The notes under the pieces: generated by a model
Database searches by the model: none
What the model saw: the letters and a program-made list of their open reading frames with translations, nothing else
Told to the model about the DNA's origin: nothing
Assembly (NCBI RefSeq): GCF_028368995.1
Contig: NZ_JAQNDL010000003.1
Span: 2,176,001 to 2,240,000 of the forward strand
Source: Nannocystis bainbridge
GTDB lineage: Bacteria; Myxococcota_A; Polyangia; Nannocystales; Nannocystaceae
Direction of reading: 5' to 3'
DNA length: 64,000 nt
Position numbers and translations under genes: made by a program
Shown: positions 1 to 9,700 of the stretch, piece by piece
How the letters are laid out: each line of letters opens with the position of its first letter
How positions within the stretch are numbered: the first letter of the stretch is position 1

Positions 1-40
1 ACCGCCAGTTGGTCGCTGCCCGCGCGGTCGAGGCCCGCAA

Positions 41-72
41 CAAAGCCCGCCTGGCCAATTGACCAGGCGGGC
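41..72 (-). terminator. Probable intrinsic terminator downstream of the cglF-like gene
   Basis: Perfect 10-bp stem GCCCGCCTGG(45-54)/CCAGGCGGGC(63-72), followed by TTTG on the minus strand, 11 nt after the stop at 84. Confidence 0.6.
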
Positions 73-83
73 ACCTCGCCGGC

Positions 84-359
84 TCACACGTCGTGGGCCA
101 TCTGCAGCATCTGCGGGATGAAGTGGACCCGCACCTTGATCATGCTCTCCCACTTGCGCTGCGTCTGGCTCCGCACCCCCTCGTGATCGGGCTTGAGGGC
201 GTTGCTGTTGACCGTGTCGTTCTCGAAGTCGTAGGCCTGGGTGGCGCCCTTTTGGCCCCTGCGGGCGGCCGCGTCGGCGTCGGCGTCGGTCTTGGCGGCG
301 GGCGCGGCCCAGGCGGTGGTGGAACAGAGCACGAGCGAAGCGAGGACGATGAAGCGCAT
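84..359 (-). CDS. cglF: Small secreted CglF/GltF-like gliding motility family protein (91 aa)
   Basis: Signal peptide MRFIVLASLVLCSTTAWA, then YDFENDTV..KPD..IKVRVHF, resembling the myxobacterial CglF C-terminal motif; ATG at 359. Confidence 0.6.
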   Translation of the reverse strand: MRFIVLASLVLCSTTAWAAPAAKTDADADAAARRGQKGATQAYDFENDTVNSNALKPDHEGVRSQTQRKWESMIKVRVHFIPQMLQMAHDV

Positions 360-431
360 GCGAATCTCCTGACGGGGTGTCAGGCAGCAACGACGACCCC
401 GGGCCGGCGGTCTACGTGCTATGAGTCCGGC

Positions 432-1322
432 GTGCGTCGCGTCGCCGCCGTCGTCTTCGCCCTCGCGCTCGCGGCCTGCGCCGAGAAGCTGCCCGAGGCC
501 CACGTCATGCCGCTGGTCGGCGCCGAGCGCGGCTTCGGCCGCGAGGTCGCCGAGCTCGGCCTGGTCGACGGCTTCACTCGCAACCTCGCCACCGACGCGG
601 TGCTGCTGCGCCCCGGCCCCAAGCCGGCCGCGCAGGCGCTCGCCGAGCCCGCGAACTTCGACCTGACCTGGGAGCCCGCGTTCGCCGAGATCGCCGCGTC
701 GGGCGACCTCGGCTACACCACCGGGCCGTTCCGGGCCCACGGGCGCGACAGCGGCGAGGTCACGCACGGCCACTACGTCAGCGTGTGGCGCAAAGACGGC
801 GACCGCTGGCGCCTCGTCGTCGACGGCGGCAGCCCGCACCCGCCCCCGCTCAACCTGCCCGACCGCTTCACGTACATCACCGCGCGCGTGTCCGCGAACT
901 CGGCCGACCACGCCGCCGAGCTCAAGAGCCTGCGCGCCGTCGAAGACGCGCTCATCGCCGGCGTCGCCGCCGAGGGCGCCCGCGCCCTGCTCAAATCCGC
1001 CGCCCCCGACCTGCGCTGGCACCCACCCGGCAGCTTCCCCGTCACCGGCGCCAGCGCGGTCCAGACGGCCCTGCTCGGCCGCACCGACGTGTTCACCTAT
1101 ACCCGCCGCGGCGACGGTGTGTCGGCCGCGGGCGACCTCGGCTTCGCCTACGGCGAGGCCACCCGCACCGTCAAACCCGGCAACCCCCCCGAGCTCGGCG
1201 GCTACCTGCGGCTGTGGCGGCGCGACGCCGAAGGCCGCTGGCAGCTCACCCTCGACCTGACCGTCACCGAGCCGCAGCCGAAGGCCGTGCTCGACGACCA
1301 CGACGCCAAGCACCAGCCCTGA
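432..1322 (+). CDS. Lipoprotein with tandem NTF2/SnoaL-like (DUF4440-type) domains
   Basis: Lipobox LAAC after GTG 432; two repeats of SGDLG(Y/F)xxG...GxYxxxWRxxxxxW. Confidence 0.75.
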   Translation: MRRVAAVVFALALAACAEKLPEAHVMPLVGAERGFGREVAELGLVDGFTRNLATDAVLLRPGPKPAAQALAEPANFDLTWEPAFAEIAASGDLGYTTGPFRAHGRDSGEVTHGHYVSVWRKDGDRWRLVVDGGSPHPPPLNLPDRFTYITARVSANSADHAAELKSLRAVEDALIAGVAAEGARALLKSAAPDLRWHPPGSFPVTGASAVQTALLGRTDVFTYTRRGDGVSAAGDLGFAYGEATRTVKPGNPPELGGYLRLWRRDAEGRWQLTLDLTVTEPQPKAVLDDHDAKHQP

Positions 1323-1328
1323 AGCGCC

Positions 1329-1398
1329 TGGCCTTCAGGGCATGTCCACCAGGGCATGTCCGAAGGCACCGGTCCTTCAGGACATGCCCCGAATTTCT
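1329..1398. repeat. Tandem array of 5 degenerate TGTCC-N4-GGACA units, 14-bp period
   Basis: Units start at 1329, 1343, 1357, 1371 and 1385, filling the gap between convergent genes. Confidence 0.8.
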
Positions 1399-1769
1399 CA
1401 GTGACGCTCGGGCTTGGCCAGGCCGATGAAGCCGGCGACCAGCACCAGGACCGCGGCCGCGAACGCCATGTACCCGCCGACCTCGAGCTGGATGCCGACC
1501 GGACGGCTGGTGGCGAAGACGCACAGGGCGACGCCGATCAGCCCGAACAGCAGGTGGAGCACGCCGAGGCCGCGCGCGAAGCCCCTGCGGCCGACCAGCA
1601 CGCCGAACAGCGACGGCAGGATCGACGGCACGGTGAGCATCAGGCCGAGCGCGACGTTGCGGATGACGCCGGCGAAGGCGCCCTCGGTGATGGTCATGAG
1701 CGACCGCAGCGGCAGAAACAGCGCGGCGATGCTGAGGAGGAGCGCGACGAGGGCGAGTTTCTTGGCCAT
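1398..1769 (-). CDS. Small integral membrane protein (about 4 TM)
   Basis: MAKKLALVALLL..., four hydrophobic segments, GC-rich third positions. Confidence 0.7.
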   Translation of the reverse strand: MAKKLALVALLLSIAALFLPLRSLMTITEGAFAGVIRNVALGLMLTVPSILPSLFGVLVGRRGFARGLGVLHLLFGLIGVALCVFATSRPVGIQLEVGGYMAFAAAVLVLVAGFIGLAKPERH

Positions 1770-1848
1770 GCACGGCCCTGATACCACAGGGCCGCACGGC
1801 ACCGATAGTGACATCGGATCGAACAGCGAATGAACGCCGTTCTCCCGC

Positions 1849-2508
1849 TCAACCAGCCTTGAACTTGAGGTCGAGCTTCAGCAGGACCTCGTCCTTGATC
1901 AGGTCGTCCGGCTTGCCGGGGTACTCGATCTTGAAGTCCTTGCGGTTGATCGTGAACTCGGCCTGACCCTGCGCGCCGCTGGCGTCGACGGTGATCTTGG
2001 CCGGGAAGCGGATCGCCTTCTTCTCGCCGTGCAGCTCGAGCTCGCCGCCCAGCTCGTGGGTCGCCCCGTTGTCGCCGGGCTTGGCCACGAACTCGTTGGC
2101 CGAGAACACCGCGGTCGGGAACTTCTCGACGTCGAAGAAATCGGGGCTCTTGAGGTGACCCGTGAGGTCCGCCGCGTCCGACGTGACCGAGGGGGTCTGC
2201 ACCACCACGCGCAACGACTCGATCTTGTCGCCGACCACCTTGGCCTCGCCCTCGAACTCCTCGAAGCCGCCCTTGTGGTCGCCGGTCAGCTTGGCACCGA
2301 CGAACTGGACCGAGCTGCCGGTCTTGTCGAGCTTGAGCGTGCGCGCGGTCGCGGCCGGCGCGTCCGTCTTGGTCTCGGCCTTGGCCTCGGTCTTCTTGAC
2401 GTCCTCGACCTGCGCCTTGGGCTTGCCGTCGATCTCGGACGAGCAAGCGGCGCTCAGCGACGCCGCCAGCGTGAGCGACAGCAGCGAATAAAACGATGTG
2501 CGTGCCAT
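1849..2508 (-). CDS. YceI family lipoprotein (polyisoprenoid-binding)
   Basis: Lipobox SAAC; motifs SSVQFVG, HLKSPDFFDVEKFPTAVF, GELELHG, INRKDF. Confidence 0.92.
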   Translation of the reverse strand: MARTSFYSLLSLTLAASLSAACSSEIDGKPKAQVEDVKKTEAKAETKTDAPAATARTLKLDKTGSSVQFVGAKLTGDHKGGFEEFEGEAKVVGDKIESLRVVVQTPSVTSDAADLTGHLKSPDFFDVEKFPTAVFSANEFVAKPGDNGATHELGGELELHGEKKAIRFPAKITVDASGAQGQAEFTINRKDFKIEYPGKPDDLIKDEVLLKLDLKFKAG

Positions 2509-2624
2509 GGTGCCGCGGACCCTAACACGAGCCCGCCGCGCCCGGCAAACCGCGCGGCCGGGCCGCCCGCGACTGCGATGAATCGTCCGCCGATTGGCCC
2601 GCCGCGTGGGCCCTCACGTCGGAC

Positions 2625-3617
2625 TCAACGCCGCCCGGCCTGCAACACCAGCGGATGCCCCGACAGCTGATCGAGCTGCTCCACGACCTCGCTGTCCTCG
2701 CGGACATATGCGTCGAGGAACGTCGAGATCACCTCGACGAAGAAGTTCCGCAGCGCCTCGCCCGGCGCCGTCGCCCGGTGATCGAGGAACGACCGCCCGG
2801 TGGTCGGATCGTCGGGGTGGCAGAACGCGAAGTGATTGGCCCCCGCGAGCAGGAACATGTGGGCGTCCCCACGGCCGCCCGGCAGCGCCTCGTGGAAGGT
2901 GCGCCGGATCAACGCGAACGCATCCGCCGGCGATGACCCGTAGCGATGACTGCTGGCCGCGATCACCCCATCGCGCTCGCCGCCGAGGAGCAGCAGCGGC
3001 ACCTCGCCCGGCAGCGGCAGCAGCGAGTGCTCCGGCCAGCCGAGCGCCGTCAGGGCCCCCGCGTGACCCGCATACGCGAACGCGGCCGAGAGGTTGTTGA
3101 AGTAGCGCAGGGCCGCGTTCTGCAGCGCTGCGCAGCCGCCGGCGGAGTGGCCGCCGAGCACGACGTGCTCGAGATCGAGCAAGCCGGCGAGGATGCCCTC
3201 GCACTGCAACCTGGCCAGCTCCTCGAGCAGCGGCCCGATCGTGGTCGACGTCGGCGCGTGACCGAAGCCCTCCGGCCCGAGGCGCGAACCATCGAACCCG
3301 GGCGTGAGCCCGACCACTCCTGGCTCGCCGAGCCGCACCTCGCCGACCAGCGAGAACGTCACGAACACGTAACCGCGATCGGCCAGCGCCTGCGCCAGCC
3401 ACCGGTAGCTCTCCGGCCCGACGTTGACGCCCGGCAGGAAGATCACGACCGGAAACGGCCCCGCGTCGGCGTCCGCCTCGACCGCCCCGAGCTCGCGCTC
3501 GGCCATCCCGCCGGTCAACCGCCCCGGGTAGAACACCCGCGCGTGCAGCGTGTCGTGCGGCCCTCGCAGCCCCGGCAACCGCACCGCCCGATGGAGCGCG
3601 CGCACGATGCGAGTCAT
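2625..3617 (-). CDS. Alpha/beta hydrolase (chlorophyllase/dienelactone hydrolase-like)
   Basis: PFPVVIFLPG, nucleophile motif GHSAGG, GERDGVI, GANHFAF. Confidence 0.8.
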   Translation of the reverse strand: MTRIVRALHRAVRLPGLRGPHDTLHARVFYPGRLTGGMAERELGAVEADADAGPFPVVIFLPGVNVGPESYRWLAQALADRGYVFVTFSLVGEVRLGEPGVVGLTPGFDGSRLGPEGFGHAPTSTTIGPLLEELARLQCEGILAGLLDLEHVVLGGHSAGGCAALQNAALRYFNNLSAAFAYAGHAGALTALGWPEHSLLPLPGEVPLLLLGGERDGVIAASSHRYGSSPADAFALIRRTFHEALPGGRGDAHMFLLAGANHFAFCHPDDPTTGRSFLDHRATAPGEALRNFFVEVISTFLDAYVREDSEVVEQLDQLSGHPLVLQAGRR

Positions 3618-3712
3618 CGCCGCGCCTCCATGTCACCTGTCCCGAAGTACAGCCCGGCTGAATTCATGCCTGTTCGCCTCCTGTGCGGGTCGCCGATAGT
3701 ATCCTCCGACCC

Positions 3713-4861
3713 ATGGAAAAAGCCGCCCTCCCGCTCGCCGGCCTGCGCGTGCTCGACCTGTCGCGGATCCTCGCCGGGCCCAGCGCCGCCCAGCTGCTCG
3801 GGGATCTCGGGGCAGATGTGATCAAGATCGAACATCCTCTCGGGGACGACACGCGTCGCTGGGGCCCGCCCGACTTTGAGGGCAGCGCCGCCTACTATTT
3901 GGCCTGCAACCGCAACAAGCGCTCGCGGGTGCTCGACTTCAAGCGCGCGATCGACCGTCAGGAATTGCTGGGCCTGCTGGCCGGCGCGGACGTGCTGCTC
4001 GAGAACTTCAAGGTCGGCGACCTCGGCCGCCACGGCCTCGACTACGCGACCCTGGCGCCTCGCTTCCCGCGCCTGGTCTACTGCAGCATCACCGGCTTCG
4101 GCCAGACCGGCCCCGACGCCGGCCGTGTGGGCTACGACGCCCTCATCCAGGGCCTCGGCGGGCTCATGAGCATCACCGGGCCCGACCATGACCACCCGAC
4201 CAAGGTCGGCGTCGCCGTCGCCGACCTCGGCACCGGCCTCTACGCGGTGGTGGCCATCCTGGCCGCCCTGCTCGAGCGCAGCCGCAGCGGCCTCGGCCAG
4301 CACATCGACCTCGCGCTGCTCGATGCGCAAGTCGCCGGCCTCGCCAACATCGCCACGAATTTCCTGTGCACCGGCGAGGTCCCACGCCCCCTCGGCAACG
4401 CCCACCCCACGATCGTGCCCTACCAGAGCTTCGCTACCGCCGACCGCCCCTTGATGCTGGCGATCGGCAGCGACCCCCAGTTCGCCAGCCTGTGCGTCGC
4501 CCTCGACGAACCCGCGTGGGCCATCGACCCACGCTTCGTCACCAATTCCGCGCGGGTCGCTCACCGGGCCGAACTGGTGGCGCGACTGGAACACCGCCTG
4601 TCCCAAAAGACACGCGACGAATGGCTGCGACGCTTCGCCACCGCGACCCCGCAGTTCCCGCACGGACCGATCCGCGACCTCGCCGAAGTCGCCGCCGACC
4701 CACAAGTCACCCACCGCGACCTGTTTAAAACAATGGACGACGGGCGCACCCCCTGCCTCAAAAACCCGATCGTCTTCTCCCGCACCCCGATCCAAACCTA
4801 CCGCCGCCCGCCCCACCTCGACGAGCACCCCGACGCGACCTGGCTCGAAGAACCTGTCTGA
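3713..4861 (+). CDS. CaiB/BaiF family CoA transferase (class III)
   Basis: PLAGLRVLDLSRILAGP, LGDLGADVIKIEHP, NRNKRS, YCSITGFGQTGP, GQHIDLALLD. Confidence 0.95.
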   Translation: MEKAALPLAGLRVLDLSRILAGPSAAQLLGDLGADVIKIEHPLGDDTRRWGPPDFEGSAAYYLACNRNKRSRVLDFKRAIDRQELLGLLAGADVLLENFKVGDLGRHGLDYATLAPRFPRLVYCSITGFGQTGPDAGRVGYDALIQGLGGLMSITGPDHDHPTKVGVAVADLGTGLYAVVAILAALLERSRSGLGQHIDLALLDAQVAGLANIATNFLCTGEVPRPLGNAHPTIVPYQSFATADRPLMLAIGSDPQFASLCVALDEPAWAIDPRFVTNSARVAHRAELVARLEHRLSQKTRDEWLRRFATATPQFPHGPIRDLAEVAADPQVTHRDLFKTMDDGRTPCLKNPIVFSRTPIQTYRRPPHLDEHPDATWLEEPV

Positions 4862-4877
4862 ACAGACATATCATCAA

Positions 4878-7800
4878 TTACTCGGACGACCGCGCCCGCA
4901 CCCCGAGGCGCGTCAGCCCTTCGCGGTCGACGTAGACCCACTCCGGCCCCTCGTCGTCGAGGCGCGCCTGCTGGATCTGCCCGTCGGCGATCGTCGCCGA
5001 CCCGCCTGCCGGCAGCGGCTTCGTGTGCAGCGTCGGCCCGTCCGCGCCGCCGCGGGCGAACACCAGCCGCCGCGACGTCCCGGCCACCAACACCGCCAGC
5101 ACATCCGTGACGCCGTCGCCATCGAAGTCCTCGACCGCCAGGCCGCCGATCTGCGCCTCCTCCGGCCCGAGCCGCAGGTCCCGGCAATCGCCGCGCGGCC
5201 CGCTCGCCCCGCCGTGACACACCCGCAGCGTCGCCCCGCCGGCGTAGCCCGCGGCTGCCAGCACATCGCCGTGACCGTCGCCGTCGACATCGCCGGCCGC
5301 CAGCGGCCCCGCGCTCCAGCCCAGCGGCCACGTCTTCGGCGCGCTCGCGAACCCGCCGCTCCCGTCGCCCCCGTATACATGCGCCCCGCCGCCCCACGAC
5401 AGCAGCAGCGCATCGAGCCGCCCGTCGCGATCGACATCGCCGAGCGCGAGCCCCATCGCCCCCGCCGCCACCAGCGGTCCCCTGCGCCCCGCGCTCAGCC
5501 CCTCGGGCCCGCCCAGGTGCGTCACCAGCACCCCGGCCGGCTCCACGTACACCAGGTCCGCGTCGCCGTCGCCGTCGACGTCCCCCGCGCGCAGCGGACC
5601 GCTCGCGCGCACCTCGAGCCCCCGCTTCGCCACGGGCACCCAGCGATCGCCCCGCGCCCGCCACAGCCCGGTCCCCTCGGTCTGCGCCGTCAGCAGCTCA
5701 TCGATCCCATCGCCGTCGAAATCGAGCAACAACCCGGCCGCATTCTCAGATGCCCCAAAGGACATGTCGTATCGAACATGCCCCAAAGAACCTGTCCCAT
5801 CGAACCTGCCCGTCCCCACGCCCCCGTCACGACCGAGCACCACCACCTCGTCGCTACCATCACCATCGACGTCCCCGAGCTGCACCGCCTGCGCCTGCCC
5901 CGTCTGCCGCGCTGGCGAACGATCGGCCACCAGCACCCCCTGCGGCCCCCCGCGCAGCACTTCCAGCCCGTCCTCTCCCGCGGCCGCCAGATCGGGCACA
6001 CCATCACCGTCAAAATCCGCCACCGCCAGCGCGCGCGGCCGATTGCTCGCCGTCGTCATCCCACCTGCCACCAACTGCGGCAACCACGGCAGCGCATGCC
6101 CGAGCTGCACCGTCACCCGTGGCGACGCGAACCGCTCCGACAGCATCAAAACATCCACGCGCCCGTCGCCGTCGAGCTCTTCCACCAGAGCCCCGTCGCA
6201 GCGCGATGTTGAAACCCACACCGCCGGCGCGAACAAGTTCCAGGCCCGCCCGGTCGCTATAATTAAACCGTCGTCGCGGCACACCAGCAGATCGGCCAGC
6301 CCATCGCCGTCGACATCGGCGCGCGTCAGCCCCAGTGTGCGCCCCTCGGGCAGCGTCCCCGCGATCCACCGCTGGCCCGCGCTGCGGCTCTCGATCACGA
6401 TCTGCGGCCCCTCGCTGCCCTGCCCGACATGCAGCAGCTCGTCGCCCGCGTACTCCGCCGAGAACTCCCCCACGATCAGATCGTCGCTGGCCGCGAACTC
6501 GCGCGACATCGAAGCGTCGACCAGCGCGAACGCCTCGCCCGTCAGCGCCAGCGTCAAAAGCCCCGTCGTCGCCTCCGCCGCCTCGCCCGCGAACGCACCT
6601 TGCAGCGCCAGCAGCTCGCTGCGGCCGTCGCCGTCCGCGTCGAAGCCGACCACTCGCCGCGGATCGCCCGCGAACGCGAACTCGACCGGCGATGCGAATC
6701 GTTCACCGACCCCGCGCGCGCTCCACAGCCGGCCCGCCTGCACCTCGCCGGCGCTCGCCTGCCCCGCGCGGCGCCACGTCACCACGTCGTCGACCCCATC
6801 GCCGTCGAGGTCGGCCAGCGCCAGCGCGGCCGCCCCGTCCGGCCCCGGCGAGCGCACCGGCGCGGCGAAGCCCCCCTCCTGCCCGCGCAGCACCACCAGT
6901 TCGCCGCGCTCGCCGTCGCTGACCACCAGATCGGTCCACCCGTCGCGGTCGAGGTCGCGCGCCACCATCGGCCCCGTCAGCCCCGCCGCCCGGGTCGAGA
7001 ACCACGGCGTGAACCCGAACCCCGGTCGTTCGCGCAGCACCGTCGCCCCCGCGCCCGCGTCGCGCACCACCACCTCGTCGCGCCCGTCGCCGTCGACATC
7101 GCCGACCGCCAGCCCGTCCCACGCCTCCGCGTCGGTCGTGGTCCGCCGCTCCGGCGCCGCCAGCGGCAGCCGCGTCAGCGCCGGCTGCAACCTCGACATG
7201 ACCAAAAGTTCATGCCCGTTCGGACCTGTCCACAACGACATGTCCGAAGGGCCCGCCGCCACCGGCCAGCGCCGGGCCTCGCGCGCCCCGCCCGCCCCGT
7301 CGCCGAACACCACTGCCACCTCGTCGAGCAGCGCGTCGATCACCGCCAGGTCGAGCGCCCCGTCGCCGTCGAGGTCGGCCGCCAGCGCCTGCTGCGGACT
7401 CGCCCCCGCGTACAGCTCGCCGCCGGCCCGCAGCCCGCCATCACCTGTCCCAAAGAACAGCCTCGCGGTCCCCTCGCCCGCCAGCGTCACCACCACGTCG
7501 ATCCGCCCGTCCCCCGAGAAATCACCCGTCGTCACCGCCGTCGGCCGCTCTCCGGCGGCGATCGGCGCTCCGCTCGCCATTCCCATCGCCCCGGCCCGCA
7601 GCACCCGCAGATCGCCCGCCTCGGCGTCGGCGACGATCAGCTCCGCGCGCCCGTCCCCGTCGAGATCGGCGGCCGCCACCGCGACCGGCTGCGGGCCCAC
7701 CGGCACCTTCTCGACCGCGCCCCCGCGCAGCAGCGCCACCGCGGCCTCACCCGCCAGCGGCGCCGCGATCTCGAGCCGCCCGTCGCCGTCGAAGTCGGCG

Positions 7801-8072
7801 ATCGCCAGCCCCGCAGGCGCCTGACCGATCGGCCAGGTCTCCATCGCCCCCGACCCGCCCCACGCGATCGTCAGCGTCCCCAGCGATGGGCTGACCGTCA
7901 CCCACTCGCCCACCCCGTCGCCGTCGAGGTCGTGCACCTGCGCCGGGCCCTCGCCGCCGCCCAGGCCGAACCGCTCGCCCGGCGTCGCGCACACCTGGTC
8001 GATCGCACATTGCTCCGCGGCCAGCTCACACCCGGCCATCAGCACCATCACGACCGCCGCGACTGCCCTCAT
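4878..8072 (-). CDS. Large FG-GAP/VCBS repeat lipoprotein (about 1064 aa)
   Basis: Lipobox MAGC; many D(L/F/V)DGDGxxD repeats; ATG overlaps the stop of the upstream gene (ATGA 8069-8072). Confidence 0.85.
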   Translation of the reverse strand: MRAVAAVVMVLMAGCELAAEQCAIDQVCATPGERFGLGGGEGPAQVHDLDGDGVGEWVTVSPSLGTLTIAWGGSGAMETWPIGQAPAGLAIADFDGDGRLEIAAPLAGEAAVALLRGGAVEKVPVGPQPVAVAAADLDGDGRAELIVADAEAGDLRVLRAGAMGMASGAPIAAGERPTAVTTGDFSGDGRIDVVVTLAGEGTARLFFGTGDGGLRAGGELYAGASPQQALAADLDGDGALDLAVIDALLDEVAVVFGDGAGGAREARRWPVAAGPSDMSLWTGPNGHELLVMSRLQPALTRLPLAAPERRTTTDAEAWDGLAVGDVDGDGRDEVVVRDAGAGATVLRERPGFGFTPWFSTRAAGLTGPMVARDLDRDGWTDLVVSDGERGELVVLRGQEGGFAAPVRSPGPDGAAALALADLDGDGVDDVVTWRRAGQASAGEVQAGRLWSARGVGERFASPVEFAFAGDPRRVVGFDADGDGRSELLALQGAFAGEAAEATTGLLTLALTGEAFALVDASMSREFAASDDLIVGEFSAEYAGDELLHVGQGSEGPQIVIESRSAGQRWIAGTLPEGRTLGLTRADVDGDGLADLLVCRDDGLIIATGRAWNLFAPAVWVSTSRCDGALVEELDGDGRVDVLMLSERFASPRVTVQLGHALPWLPQLVAGGMTTASNRPRALAVADFDGDGVPDLAAAGEDGLEVLRGGPQGVLVADRSPARQTGQAQAVQLGDVDGDGSDEVVVLGRDGGVGTGRFDGTGSLGHVRYDMSFGASENAAGLLLDFDGDGIDELLTAQTEGTGLWRARGDRWVPVAKRGLEVRASGPLRAGDVDGDGDADLVYVEPAGVLVTHLGGPEGLSAGRRGPLVAAGAMGLALGDVDRDGRLDALLLSWGGGAHVYGGDGSGGFASAPKTWPLGWSAGPLAAGDVDGDGHGDVLAAAGYAGGATLRVCHGGASGPRGDCRDLRLGPEEAQIGGLAVEDFDGDGVTDVLAVLVAGTSRRLVFARGGADGPTLHTKPLPAGGSATIADGQIQQARLDDEGPEWVYVDREGLTRLGVRARSSE

Positions 8073-9202
8073 TCCCCGAGCTTCTCCACCACCACCCCGA
8101 ACGTCACCGGCGCGGCGGCCTCGGTCTCGGCGCGCAAGAAGTAGCGGCCCGCCGGGAGCTCGACCTCCCGCACCTCGCCGGCGAGCAGCCGCACCAGGCT
8201 GGCCCGCTCGCACCCGCCACAGCTCCCGATCGTCGCCCGCACCGCCCCGCTGTCGCGCAGCTCGACGCGGAAGCGCCCCGTCGCCGCGACCTCGAAGCTG
8301 TGCAGCGTCCGCACATTCACCCCCGCGGCCCCGATCGCCGTGTCGTCCTCGCAGTCGAGCGTCAAGGAGCGGGCCAGCCGGTCGCCGTCCCACGCCAGCT
8401 CGGGCGCCTCGCACTCGAATGTTTTAAAACGATACCCCGAATAGTAGCAGTCCGCCCGCTCGGCCTCGAACTCGACGACGGTCTGCTCGAGCGTCGTCCC
8501 GAACACCGCACGAAACGCGCGCGCCAGGGTCCGGTACGAATCGGCGTACCAGGTCCGGCGATAGAACTCGAGGTGCAGGTCCAGCCCGAAGCGATCGATC
8601 AGGTAGCGGGTGAACGCCCCGGCGACAAAATAATACTCGCCTGGCAGCCACAGCGAGCGGCCCCGCAGCGCCGTCAACACCCGCGACATCGGAGCGGCCT
8701 TATCCCCGTCGCCGGCCTGCGGCTCATCGTCGGTCGGCCTGGCATCGCGCGCCCCGCCCTCGAACGCCATCGCCAGGCCCTCGACGAAGAACGGATGCGC
8801 CAGCCCGAGGTCGCTCGCTACCGCATGGACCAGCTCGTGCTCATGCGGCATCTCGGTGGCGTAGACCGTGCGACCCAGCGCGCACGCCGGCATGCCCGCA
8901 CACGGGTTGCGCCGCGCGTAGTGCTCCGGCGTCATCCAGCGGTAGGAGATCCGCGGCTCGTCCGGCAGCGGCAGCCCGCTCGCCCCGGCGAACCACTCGA
9001 CGAACCGGTCCATGTGCTCGAGCGTGCCGCCGCACATCTGCAACCCGGCGTCCGCCTCGACCTCGACCTGCCGCCCCCGCGTCTCCGCCGTCTCCAGACA
9101 GCCGACCAGCCACCAAACCATCCCCACCAAGATCACGTGTCCCCAAGGACATCTTTTTTTAATGGGGCGAGCGGACGCCCGGGTGAGGATCGAGGACAGC
9201 AC
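8069..9202 (-). CDS. Lipoprotein with HExxH zinc metallopeptidase-like motif
   Basis: Lipobox LVGC; HELVH followed by EGLA (gluzincin-like); start uncertain (9202 or GTG 9136). Confidence 0.7.
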   Translation of the reverse strand: MLSSILTRASARPIKKRCPWGHVILVGMVWWLVGCLETAETRGRQVEVEADAGLQMCGGTLEHMDRFVEWFAGASGLPLPDEPRISYRWMTPEHYARRNPCAGMPACALGRTVYATEMPHEHELVHAVASDLGLAHPFFVEGLAMAFEGGARDARPTDDEPQAGDGDKAAPMSRVLTALRGRSLWLPGEYYFVAGAFTRYLIDRFGLDLHLEFYRRTWYADSYRTLARAFRAVFGTTLEQTVVEFEAERADCYYSGYRFKTFECEAPELAWDGDRLARSLTLDCEDDTAIGAAGVNVRTLHSFEVAATGRFRVELRDSGAVRATIGSCGGCERASLVRLLAGEVREVELPAGRYFLRAETEAAAPVTFGVVVEKLGE

Positions 9203-9321
9203 CGACCTCGGCAGGCTACTTCAGCAACCTCGGCCAGATCTCACGAACCATCAAAAAACCCTCAACGCGATCGCACGGCGCCCCACCCGCCCTCTTCATA
9301 TCTCGAGTGGCAACGCTCGCA

Positions 9322-9690
9322 GCGATCACCCGACCGGCGCCTCGCTCGCCGCAACCTGAAGCCGCGCTCGCCGCAATCACAAGTGGATGCCGGGCATCAT
9401 TCCTGGCAATGACAAGAGCGACGCCACGCTCGCCGCCCCCACGACGCCACGCGCGCCGCAATCCCGGGACCGGCAACGCCCGTCACACCCGACAATGACA
9501 CGAGCGGCGCCGCGCTCGCCGCCCGCACGACACCGCGCGCGCCACGATCCCGGGATCGGCTACGCCCGCCACTCCGGACAATGACACGAGCGGCGCCACG
9601 TTCGCCGCCGCACGACGCAATTCGAGAGCCGCCACCCCCGCGGCGTCACTCCCGACAGTGACACGCTCGGCGCCCCGCTCGCCGCCTCGC
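9322..9690. repeat. Degenerate intergenic tandem repeat, about 86-bp unit, 4-5 copies
   Basis: AATGACA(A/C)GAGCG(A/G)CGCC.CG.TCGCCGCC recurs at 9408, 9494, 9580 and about 9657, with a weaker copy at about 9323. Confidence 0.75.
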
Positions 9691-9700
9691 TGCTCTCGGC

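Noticed and set aside
9322-9690. Possible CRISPR array
   Set aside because: Repeats are degenerate, the intervening segments resemble one another, and no cas genes are present.
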